DNA of 64,000 bases from Halocafeteria seosinensis (lineage: Eukaryota), in contig LVLI01000084.1 of the NCBI GenBank assembly GCA_001687465.1, positions 1-64,000 of the forward strand, written 5' to 3'. The translations under genes and the position numbers were made by a program. The notes under the pieces are model-generated. The model was not told the origin of the DNA. It made no database searches and saw only the letters and a program-made list of their open reading frames with translations. Positions 11,801 to 22,100 of this stretch are shown piece by piece. Numbering within the stretch: position 1 is the stretch's first letter; every line of letters begins with the position of its first letter.

Positions 11801-13509
11801 ACCAAATGGCCACGAAGTTCGATAGCAACTGCGAGTCTTGTGGACGGGGAAACATACCGAACCCTATCCAAGACCAATGCGAAGATTGTCCTGCGCATCA
11901 GTTTGCAACTGAATTGGACGATACTTGCCAACCTTGTGTAGCTGGTCGCGTGCCAAACAGCACTCGCAACGGTTGCGCAGATTGCCCGGAACACAAATAT
12001 GCTCTTGCAGAGCACGCGTCTTGTCAATTATGTGACCCTGGATATCATCCTACAAACGAGCAAGACGGGTGTGTCGCCTGCGAAAGCCATCAGTATTCGA
12101 CGGAAGTGAATGCGACGTGTCATGAATGTCCCGCTGGGGAGGTTCCAAACTCTGACCATAGCGGATGCAGGGACTGCATGCCTCACGAATATGCCACAAG
12201 TACTGATGCGACGTGCCAGGTTTGTGGACATGGCTTGATACCGAATGATGAACAAAACGGATGCGACAATTGCTCCGAACATGAAGTTTCAGCAATGCTT
12301 GATTCAATGTGTCATAATTGTGATCTTGGCGAAGTACCTGATTTCAACCAAACAATGTGCATACGATGCCCACTGTATGCAGTAGCAGGGGCAAATAAAT
12401 CTCAATGCACTTTGTGCGGTCCCGACTTTGTCCCATCGTTTACGCAAACGAGATGCGAAGCTTGCCCCCAAGGATCCACCGCGGGTACGGAGGACTCTCG
12501 TTGCCATACCGTCCAGTCGCATACCTCAATCCGGGAAATTGCAGTAAACTATGGAGTGCCTACATTCCTTGGCATAGCCATACTACTGCTGTTGGCCTTC
12601 ATTGTAATTAAAAGACGGAGGAATACAGGGAAAGCGTCACAAACAGATGACCCACTACGCGTGTATGCGAGCCAATTGGGAGTACCACTGGAAGTGCTCA
12701 CAGACCAGCAAGGAAGCTACAAAGCAGAGCGCCGTGCGGACCCTCTGATAGGAGGCGAATCTGAAGCGAAACAGTCAACAACCAACAGCGGTGGTGACTC
12801 AAATGAAGGCTGTGATGTGGAGGAAATGAATTCTAACCCACTTGTTGTAGGTGCTTCAGGATTATTGAGCGGAAAAAACGCAAATTCAGAGAATGTCCAG
12901 CGGGCAGCTGTACAATTTGAGGGGGTTGCATCTGCTGAGCCAGTCAGGTTTGGTGATCAGTCTCAGCGACCTAATGATTCAGGTCAATGTGCGCCAGTGA
13001 CGTTTCTGAAACTAGACGACGAGGATTCCCCATCAGCGGATAAAGTCCGAGTAGTCTCAGCAAGTTCACCAAGTCGAGCGACGGTCAGTCACAACAACAG
13101 CAATCAGCACGTGAAGCTGACCACTGCGGACAGAATCGATACATCTAATCTTCACCTAGTGGCTCGAACGGTCTTGAAACTAAGACAATGGAAGGCGCAT
13201 ATGTTAGCGGAGCCACCACCATTGGTACAAATTGAAACGGATTCCCCCAACACGAGTATCCGAAACGGAGCTGATTCCGCTGGTTTTAACCATCTAGAAT
13301 TCTCACGTCGAGGTACTCATGCTTCTGCAAAATCTCAGCAACAGCGGCCGCGGTATCCTCTCAAGACAGAATTCCAACAAGTTCCAGTCCGCGCCAGCAT
13401 AAAAGGCCAACGCAACCAGGAGAAAAAATCAATGTCACAATTGTCCTTTGCCCGCCGCACACAGCGAAGGTTGAGTCGTCTGTGGGGCCGCAAGAAGGGA
13501 CAGAAATAA
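8806..13509 (+). CDS. Giant intronless cysteine-rich (CxxC, GCC2/GCC3- or ephrin-receptor-like repeat) membrane protein, 1567 aa
   Basis: Hydrophobic N-terminal segment, many ~40-42 aa C..C..G.VPN..Q..C..C units, a TM helix (YGVPTFLGIAILLLLAFIVI-KRRR) and a low-complexity cytosolic tail. Confidence 0.85.
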   Translation: MTAAICREVYRRPITSVCCVVALAGAVGWILWIDFTPIGTRRATHSRTDKFDRALQDCGAGEQRPCCSNCEDCTSCQNMDGVQCEVTTCSECAVCVACSSNEYSPDGDDECFECPKGQVPTPAQDDCEPCPEHLYTTGYSCNKCGLNKVPNWSQTGCVNCPDHMYATRRDAKCRTCGAGAVRETTEGEVRCISCGPTTYATPTGTQCEECGAGQVPNTHRDGCVPCLQHEISKEGKCVACGFGSFPGEQKSTCTLCDDNEVSAESDTECHPCTPGRVPTYNQGHCRKCPVHMHATEGTREITPECQICHEGSVPNADQTDCVKCRGYQIATLVDFDCQSCDAGMVPNATKDGCVSCGIGEFATTTDGKCRLCNGNQVPNGNRDGCVPCLDYEFPHNDKCIACGVGQIPKRSECIACDANKVSAESDTECHFCASGRVPTPSQGDCRRCPDHMYATEGDNLTSPECQICHEGSVPNADQTDCVKCQAYQFATLVDFDCRSCGAGMVPNATKDGCVSCGIGEFATTTDGKCRLCNGNQVPNGNRDGCVPCLDYEFPHNDKCIACGVGQIPKRSECIACDANKVSAESDTECHFCASGRVPTPSQGLCRRCPDHMYATEGDNLTSPECQICHEGSVPNADQIDCVKCRAYQFATLVDFDCRSCGGGAVSNVERNGCKACDRGKFAADYDAACRVCGDGQVPNELQHGCVFCQKYEVATDRSEDCEACGSGKVPSLNQTVCEACAEHKVATLTDTECRVCRPGTVPNDQQDSCLDCAAYQVAGEYSIDCRTCGAGEEPNATRDGCQKCMMHQYAGGIDPRCQSCSGGQVPTSDQDRCVDCDPGEVASELDGTCHICRGGTVPNTNQDSCIPCLQHEVAAQGEEVCRSCGVGRVPNATKDGCRMCAPHEYAQGDGFECKLCSVNRVPTPNQEACVSCFAHQFATLRSSDCEICGAGEVPNANKDGCKNCSDFEIATETDTECRACGAGKIPNLDQSKCSSCDPHQMATKFDSNCESCGRGNIPNPIQDQCEDCPAHQFATELDDTCQPCVAGRVPNSTRNGCADCPEHKYALAEHASCQLCDPGYHPTNEQDGCVACESHQYSTEVNATCHECPAGEVPNSDHSGCRDCMPHEYATSTDATCQVCGHGLIPNDEQNGCDNCSEHEVSAMLDSMCHNCDLGEVPDFNQTMCIRCPLYAVAGANKSQCTLCGPDFVPSFTQTRCEACPQGSTAGTEDSRCHTVQSHTSIREIAVNYGVPTFLGIAILLLLAFIVIKRRRNTGKASQTDDPLRVYASQLGVPLEVLTDQQGSYKAERRADPLIGGESEAKQSTTNSGGDSNEGCDVEEMNSNPLVVGASGLLSGKNANSENVQRAAVQFEGVASAEPVRFGDQSQRPNDSGQCAPVTFLKLDDEDSPSADKVRVVSASSPSRATVSHNNSNQHVKLTTADRIDTSNLHLVARTVLKLRQWKAHMLAEPPPLVQIETDSPNTSIRNGADSAGFNHLEFSRRGTHASAKSQQQRPRYPLKTEFQQVPVRASIKGQRNQEKKSMSQLSFARRTQRRLSRLWGRKKGQK
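9592..10787 (+). repeat. In-frame 480-bp tandem repeat, about 2.5 copies
   Basis: CAAATTTGCCATGAGGGAAGCGTACCCAAC recurs at 9721, 10201 and 10681; GCTGAGAGTGACACTGAATGTCAT recurs at 9592, 10072 and 10552. Confidence 0.95.
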
Positions 13510-14317
13510 ATTATTAGAAAGGTCTTACATGTATGTTCAAGAAATTACATACTATTGTTGGGATCCAGATGCGCACATCGCAGAATGTATGTAATTGAGG
13601 CGAACGCGGAACGACTTCCTTCTCGAATGCCGGGAAATACCTACTGTCATTACCATTGGGCAGTAAACGTGCAACGTCTAGCCAATGTCTAGCCCTGTAC
13701 AGAAACTATTGGTTATGGATGATGATGAGCGACATGCCATTGCACACAATAATTAATCCTACACACTCCATATTACGAGTTCAATCTTTCTCGTGACGTG
13801 TGAGCAATCTCAACAAAGCTTTGGAGGAGTTACAGTAGTTGGACGTTTATATATATGTACAGTACACTTCCATCCATCGATACGTGACGTAACTCGGGAG
13901 TAACCGATACTGTAGTTGCATGACATCCTCCCACAAGCCTTACTGTACATCCGAGTTGTAGCTTTGCATCCCAAGTCCTCCTTTTCTTCCTGCTTGCTTT
14001 TGGGTACCGTACCATGGTATGTCAGAATCAGATGCCCGAGGGACCCTTAAGGGGGTTGAACCAGCATTCCCGTCCTGGGATGCGGAAGTACCAAACCGTC
14101 TCCCGCCGGAGTCCTCGGGAGATTCGCTGTTGCTCTCTCAATTATACACCGACAAAGCTGTGGATTGTATGTAGTGTGGAGGTGGTGTGTATGCACATAT
14201 TGGCTGGTTTGCGTGCGTGTGGGGGAAAGGGTGCATTCAATAGAGGCAGTAGAGGGTGACACGGTTTTCCACGTGAGGGACACTCATACGCTAGTTATAG
14301 TGGTATAATAGACTCTA

Positions 14318-15253
14318 ATGGAACTGGCGTTGCTCGATAAGAACCTCCCGGAGATTCCGGCTTGGGTGGAAGACCAGGCTGAGAGCGTAAAGACACTCAA
14401 TCTCACGGGAAATGCCCTCGAGTAAGTCCGTCGGCCCGTCTTGAGGCCTCTTTCTCGCTCTCTACAGCTCCATTCACGTCCATTTTTGGCCTTATACACG
14501 TGTCTGTGCAGGAAATTTAAACGCCTGAATATGTTCACCAACTTAGATACACTGATCTTGGATAAAAATGGGCTAACCAACCTGGAAGGCTGTCCCCGGA
14601 TGGAGAGCGTTAGAACTCTATGGTGTAATAACAATTACATACAGGATGTGGAGACTTTTTTGACCCAAGCTCAGAAATCGTTCCCGAATATTACGAAACT
14701 CAGTGTGATGCGAAATCCGGCCTCGCCGCCCATGGTCTGCCTCTCGGAAGAAGATGTGGCCGCCATGGAACGCCATAGATTGTATGTAATTTACCGTTTA
14801 CCGCAATTAATGTTTCTGGATAGTTCACCCATTAAAGCGGAAGAAAGGAGAGAAGCAAAGCGAAGAGGACAGTTCTTAGCGGTTCGGAAGCCTCCGAAAA
14901 AGCGAAATTCCATGTCGGAATCGTCGAGACACACGGGGGAACTTCGGGGCCGAACGGGCTCCATGTCTTCAGTGGGTAGCAACCAGAGCATGCCTGCCCA
15001 AACAAATAAAGCAGATAATGTTTGGTCCGCATTAGATGGTGGACTGACCTCTGCCGATAGCCACGGGGGTGCTGATAACGTGCCACCGGAAGAGCGTTCA
15101 TCATACGCGCAAAGCTTCAGTGATGAGTTCTCAGACGGGGAACACGAGGAAAAACAGACGAAAAAGCCTACAGCTTTTCTACGTGTAGAGACAACGAGAT
15201 ACGATGGAAAGCATAGTGAAGGGAATCGCTTCATTTTGGATCAACATCTATGA
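14318..15253 (+). CDS. Leucine-rich repeat protein (LRMDA/C10orf11-like); intron 14422-14511; may extend upstream
   Basis: LRR units LNLTGNAL, LDTLILDKNGL and TLWCNNNYI, then RLYVIYRLPQLMFLDSSPI; C-terminal YDGKHSEGNRFI. Confidence 0.8.
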
Positions 15254-15404
15254 TAGAAGCAGAACTAGTTATGGCAAGGGACAATGGTAGTAGGATAGCT
15301 TAGGATCACAATTTGATTGGTATTCCCAAATACAGCCTATCATGTTTCTCATGAAATATGTAGCCAAATATCTCATATTCACCTCCATATATCGGCATGC
15401 AATG

Positions 15405-18400
15405 CTATTCTTCAACCAAATTAGATGCTTGTGATTTGAACTCCTTTTCATAGAATTCCGCCAGATCGGGCAAAAGTGGATACGACATCCTAAGCAGATC
15501 CACATCTTCGCGAGATCGCAGCAGCACTTCATCCATAGCCTCGATGATCCTATTCTTGGGAGCTTTCACAAAATGCTCTGAGATTGCATTGAAAACGTTC
15601 AGTTCCCCTGTAGTATCTGTAGTCTGTTCTTCTTGCGTGCCAGATCTGATCAGAATCGATAGACGGCGAATGCTCTTTCCTGAGGGATGAAGCTGATTGT
15701 AATAGAATTCGAGAACATCGTCCTTCGTGATCCTACTCAACAGGTTGGTCATTTCAATTGGTTGGTTGAATCTGTATCTCGACGAATTCACTTGTTGCCA
15801 AGTCCGACGGATTTCTTCGGCAAGATTCTTGTCCAATTCCAACTCGTCGGATATCAACGCAGCAATATGTGAATTGAAAGTTTCTTCTTCCATTTGCTTT
15901 AAATGATCTTCGAAAATCTCAACAAAATCCAGAACGTGCTCTTGGAGGTCTCGGGATCCTACCTTGTTGCTTTGAATCAGAATGTGCAGATCAATAGCAC
16001 CGTTTTGGCTCATCTTCATAACCTGAACTATGTACCCCAATGTCTTTTGAGTTCGCAGAGTGTGAAACGCTGGTTCTTCCATAAGTTGGGATAAAATACT
16101 ACCCATGACTTGGTTATAGATCGTATCAGGGCCTAGCTGATAGCAGACCGTGACTGCACAGTTTTCTTCCAGAGGATTGAACGCAGGTAGCTGCACGCAA
16201 AGTTTGGAGCCCCCGGGGATGGAGAGAGAGCGAAGACGTGTTAGCTGAGCCCGGGACAAGTTAGAGTGTCGAAATGGGTGATCAAGTTGGTTGGCAATGT
16301 TTGCTGCTTCCTCACTGGAGAAGTTACCATGTATTAGGGTCGTTACAAAGCCATCTTCAAAGAGCTCCTCGACAAAGTTGCGAATGTCGTTCGCTGTGAC
16401 AGTTTTCGTTGCCTGCAATTTGTCGGCAACATGCCAGCGTGGAACGGTAGTGCAATACGACTGTTCATAGATGCCTGAAGGGGTAGTAAAACAAGCAAGT
16501 CAAGGGTGTCTGTCGACTGAGGACATCTTGATATAAAGACTTACTCAACCTTGCGGGAAGATTTTTGTAAAAATTCAGGTAGTTGCGCTCACATACATCT
16601 CTGATACGTTCAAACTGATCGTCATCAAAGAACTGTTTCTTAAATTCTTTGACTCCGGAGGAATCGACTTCTGGCATGACCTCTTCAAGCACTCGCTTCA
16701 ACAACGTTTGTAGCTTATCGTTGAAGCCAAACACCGAGAGGGTAATACCCTCAGAAGTGACGCTAACATCATATTGAAGATCGGCGATACTAGCTGCATA
16801 TGCAAACTCATTGAGACTCTCTTTCCACAAATCACAAAAGATTTCTGTCATGACGGTATTCTTTGCTGACTTGTACGTGGCCGGAAAATTAAACTTAGCC
16901 TTGATTGCTCCTTTGGGTTCTCCAAACCGCGCATCCCCTTGCCAGAGTGCAAATGCATGGCTTGTATCTTTCACAACTGTAGGTTGAAGAGTACGCGCAT
17001 GCTTTAGCCCCTCCAATACTCCTCGGATTTTCTCGTTTGAGACGTTACGCACGATACGTTCATACTCATGCTGGGCTGTTGGTTGTGGGACTTTGGGGAA
17101 TCGTAGCGTGAAATCCGAAGCAATGAACTCATTTGGTGTCGGGAGGTGCAAATGTTCCTTCGAGGCAAACGATGGGGTTTCCCATTGAGAAAGCAACGAG
17201 CCCTCAACCCTTGTTTGAGAATACGCTGTGCCGTACCATTTTTCGTGTAGATCCGTTTTTCCGTCAAATTCTTTGGAAATGATTTGTACTTTTGCTTTAC
17301 CAGGGGTAAGTCGTTCAAGTAGAGCATTGATCGGAGTTGGATCATACAGCCACATGAGATTGTCGCACGCCACAACGTGCTTCGGTGAGTGATACTGGAG
17401 ATTTCTAACCAAGGGAATCAGTGTATCTGATGGGTCCCGTTTTGGCCTAAATCGGAAGGAGTTCTCATCTGTTTTCTGCAGCTCCTCCCAGATCCATTTC
17501 TGAGGTCCCTCCTTCCGAAGAATGTTCAAATAAGAGAAGATAATATCAATTACGGTAGTAGTATTCTCGAGCCCTTCTGTTGTAAGCTCTACTTTCACTC
17601 CAAAGATAGCAAACGTTTCCTCAGAATGAAAGATTCCTGCCATCAACTCAGTAGCTAAGCCTCTCCTTTTCAGCAGGGACAGAACCGACCCAGGGCCCTC
17701 ATGGCCCAGAAGGTGTGAAGTGTAGTGACCCGGTTTCGTCTGATAATGAAGGACAACAGAGGGAACCGCCCAACCAAGTTGTAGCGTCCGTAGGTCTTTG
17801 TTAGGTACTACCCGTTGACATATCCCTGTGTGTACTCCTTCCTGATAAGGCAGATAAACATCTTGGGAAATGTTAGGGTGATCAGGTAGCGGTGGAACTC
17901 TCTTTCCTTCTTCTGGTGTCTCCGAGATTTGTTGAATGTTCTCTTCTGGCGCTTTTGGGACATCAGCAAAGAATTTTTCAACCCATTGCTGGAGCTCATC
18001 CAGACTCTGCTTTCCAGCCACGGCAAGTTTAAGGTTCTTTGCCACGTAATGCTTTGCATGAAAATGAAGCAAAGATCGCCGGACGTCGATCGCTGTCTTT
18101 TGTGGTTCATCCCTCAGCGTTCTCGAGTCACCAGTAGCAAACTTCGAATATGCATGTCTTTCGTCTGAGGTAGACTTGTCTAGTTGAAACAATCTCCAGA
18201 AATCACTCTGGTAGTTTTTCGAATGTTCCGAGTCTACCGCCTGCAGATAGCAACAGCACCATACAGAGAAATTGATACTCTTTTTCTGTCGTAAAGAATT
18301 GGATTGCTCAACGATACTCGTACTCACGTTTAGTTCGCGTTCGGTGCAATCTTCAGTAAATAGTGGGCTGACAAAGAATTGCGCGAATCGATCCAACGCT

Positions 18401-18970
18401 CCTTCCAGTGCATTCGGTTGCACTTCAAAAAAAAAGCAAGTGTGTTCCATATCCGTGAACGCGTTAGATTCACCACCATTTTGGTTCAAATACTCGGAAT
18501 ACTCATTTTCTGAAGGGTACTTTTCACTTCCCAGAAACAACATATGCTGTGACCGCCCACAAAATCAATTGTCATTCACCCAACATCTAAAGTTCGGCAA
18601 GGGGACAGACATACTTCGCAAAAATGAGCCAATCCTGGTATTTCTTCCGGATCTGAAAAGTGACCCACATTGACGTCCATAGCGGCTCCGGTCCGATCAG
18701 CCTTCTCGTCGGAAATGAGCATCACAGAGAGGCCATTGCCCAATTCAAGGTGCCTGTACTCTCGGTCATCGTTTGCACTTATTTCGATCCCGTTACTCTG
18801 CAAGCCGCACATGTATCACTAAAGACGGCTCTGGAGTACTCGAAAAGGGGGTGGGGACGTACTAATTTGATGGGAGAGTGCTCTGAATCAGCATTTTCCT
18901 CGTAAATGTCCCTCTGAGGCGCCTTCTGGCTCTCCCCGAAAGGGAGCTGATACGGCATTAAATGCGCCAT
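15405..18970 (-). CDS. IDE: Insulin-degrading enzyme / pitrilysin family M16A metallopeptidase; 4 introns
   Basis: [28 protein letters not shown] (HXXEH split by an intron), [10 protein letters not shown] and LRTQKTLGY. Confidence 0.9.
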
Positions 18971-19147
18971 TTCGACACTAAAAGAGTCAAGGAGAGAAAA
19001 ATAGACGAAAATTATAAACTGGTTGATATTTTATCGAACCCCTAAGACATGTGTATTTTAAGCGCAGCAAAGATACGGAAGGTAGATCTCAAGTCGAAGG
19101 AAACTTTGTCCGCTTAATTAGGATCGAAACAAACACCAACACATCCA

Positions 19148-22100
19148 TCATTGTGACGCCATTGAAGAAGGAGCAGATGGCGAGGTTACCTCCGTCATGG
19201 AGCCCGAGGTAGCATCTGCCGTCCCACTTTCTTGGGGTGGAGCGGTGGAAGACGATGCAGGGGCGGTCGTAACTTCGGTACCGACAGTAGCTTCGCTTCC
19301 AACCGGTGTCGGGGTCGCCTCAGACGAAGCCGCCTCAGACGAAGTAGTCGTGCTAGCAGCCTTAGCAACAGCGTCACAATCATAGGGCTGCTCGTCTTCT
19401 TGGGGCTGTCTTCCTTCGAGAACCCACTTGGGTAAAGTGGGAGCTGATCCTCGGGTCCCCGCGCGTTTCACCTCTTTACCAGACGCTCGTTCGAAGATGG
19501 CAACTCTGCAATATCGGTATAAATCTTTCTTCGTTCCGGATTCAGTTTCCTGATCAGCAGTGTCTTCATTAGATGATCCTTCCTCGTCCCCACTCGTGCT
19601 AGCCTCAATCTTATCAAGCTTACGCAAGCGCACAGCAAAGTTGGACTCAACTGGTTTCTTTCCTTTCTTCTTGTCGGAATCCGTTTTGCCTCTGCCACGC
19701 TTTGCCCCTCCACTTCGAGGCTTAGCAGTAGGTATTCCATAGATATCGGCAGCCATAGTGGGACGAGGCCCTCGCTTCCGTGAGCGCACCCGTTTGCTAG
19801 GTCCTTGTGACAGCTGCGATAGCCAGGTTGACGCCAACTTGTCGACAGTATCGCAGCTTTCCCTTTCCGATTCTGAAATCATATTACCACCGTGTGAACT
19901 TTTGCTTAAGAAAGATGGAGGAGGAAAATTACTTTCTGCAGGAGCTGCAACACCACTTCCACGAACTTTGAGTTCCACTAGTAAAGATTCAATGGACTCT
20001 GCATCGTCGTGTCTTTGACCCTGACGTGCATCAGCATCGACCTCCTTAACAAGGGCGCAAATATCTGATAGGAACTGTTCTAGTGACATCTCTTCCGTAG
20101 AGCTGCTGTTGCCTCCTTCATTAGTTCCGGCCTGCTTTTGCGAGTCCGTCGCTTTCAGTCCCACCACTTTCCCTTCTTCTAGGGTTCGTTGCAGTTTGTC
20201 AATCGGTCGTGGACCAAGAACCTTTTCCCAAAAGGAAGGGTCGTTCACATCAAGATTCTCATTATTCTCCGAGCTTGCAAACGTGGCCTTGTTGAAGTGG
20301 AAAAGCTCATTAGGGTCTTCATTCTGCTTCTTGCTTTCTTCACTTGGGGCTGCATCTACTACTTTTCCACCTGCTTCGGCAGTTTGAATTTCACCATCAC
20401 TACCATATCGTACAGTCATGCTATTCTTAAGAATGGAGTCGATGTCAGCATCATTGAATATATCCGACCTTGTTTTCTGGGAATCTTCGTCCATCACAGC
20501 GTATGCTCCGTATCGAAGTAATGCTTCCACTTTGTCTTTATCAAGTTTCAGCAGAGACGTTAGCTCAGTTTCCTCATTTTCAGCTTCTTTACTCTTCAGC
20601 TCACCTGTTTCAAACACTGCTTGATGAAGGCCTAATTTCTTACTCGCTCGCCTAAACATCTCGCTTTCATACGTGCGAGACGTAACTAGACGATACACAC
20701 GCACTATGTCCGCCGTCTGCCCAATGCGATGACACCGAGCTTGGGCTTGAATATCATTTTGAGGATTCCAATCACTGTCGAAAATTATTACAGTGTCTGC
20801 CGAAGTCAAATTAATCCCTTGTCCACCCGCTTTTGTAGAAAGCAAGAAGACGGTTGTATCGCTGTTTGGGGCATTGAATCTGTCAATGGCTGCTTGTCGA
20901 GAATTTCCACGCACAGACCCATCTATCCTCTCATACTTAATGCTCTTCCACCGTAAGTACTCCTCCAGCAGATCGAGCATTATGGAAAACTGGCTAAAAA
21001 GAAGGCTTCTGTGACCCTCCGATTGCAACTTTGGTAAAAGCTTGTCTAGCAAGACCATTTTGCCGCTGCTGCTAATCAGCCGCGAAAGCCTCTGGGAAGC
21101 AAGTTCAGCTGCCGAAAGTCCTTGGTGTAAAAGCTCCTCAGCTTCCCGCTGTTCTACACCGTCAATCAGGTACGGGTGGTTGCAACACTTTCTCAATTCC
21201 ATTTCGATGTTGGACAAATTGGCCATTGGAATCTTCTCTGCTCCTCGACTAAGAAATGAGCGGTTTTTATCAAACACGGCGCGGTAATATTGCTTCTGCA
21301 GGTTGGTCAGCTCAACATTAATGATGGTTTCCTCTTTGGGTGGAAGGCTCTTCTCTACGTCAGTCTTAATCCGGCGAAGAAGAATAGGCCTCACAGCCTC
21401 TAGCAACTCCTTCACTTGATCCTGGTTACGCATTTCTCCATATTTGGCAACGAAATCCTCCAAAGAGGGAAACTTCTGGGGTGATACCAGATTCAGGAGC
21501 GTCCACAATTCCGTCACATTGTTTTGCAATGGGGTACCGGTCAAGAGAATTAAATGTTTTATGTCTAAACCTCGTAGGGAAGTGCTAAGCTGCGAAAATG
21601 CATTCTTCAAAGCATGAGCTTCGTCCACAATGACTGTTCGCCAGGATATTCTCGATAAGTATTCCCAGTCCTGTAGAAGCACCTGATACGAGGTGAGAAG
21701 CAAATTGAACTTATAGACACCCCTCTGCGCCAGTTGTTGTCCATATTCGCCCTCGTAAAACCATTCATATTCCCGAATCAGCTCTCGCCCCGCTGCACCC
21801 CCGTTTTGGTCATGATAGACGACGGCGTTTAAGTTAGTCCAGCTCTCCACTTCACTCTTCCAATGACCTAGCGTAGAAAGTGGAGCCAGAAGCAAAAACG
21901 GCCCCGGCACGTGCTCCCGTGAGCGCAAATGGTCCAGGAACGAGATTGTTTGAACGGTCTTCCCTAAACCCATTTCATCTGCAAGGATCGCGCTGCGGCG
22001 ATTATACCAGTTGAAAATGAGCCAATTCAACCCCTCAACTTGGTATTCACGGAGCGTCCTTCCACCCTTGTATACTTGCGATTCCCCATACTTTTTCCAC

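Noticed and set aside
14030..14125. GC-rich stretch with several possible hairpins (for example TCTCCCG...CGGGAGA)
   Set aside because: Matches no ncRNA or riboswitch consensus I recognise; equally explained as an upstream exon of the LRR gene.
18241..18327. Stop-free in-frame introns read through by the ORF track (also in the FAHD, methyltransferase, SVOP, Cdc14 and small Cys-rich genes)
   Set aside because: They have canonical GT-AG ends, and their number looks compatible with chance for short introns; they are not inteins or protein insertions.
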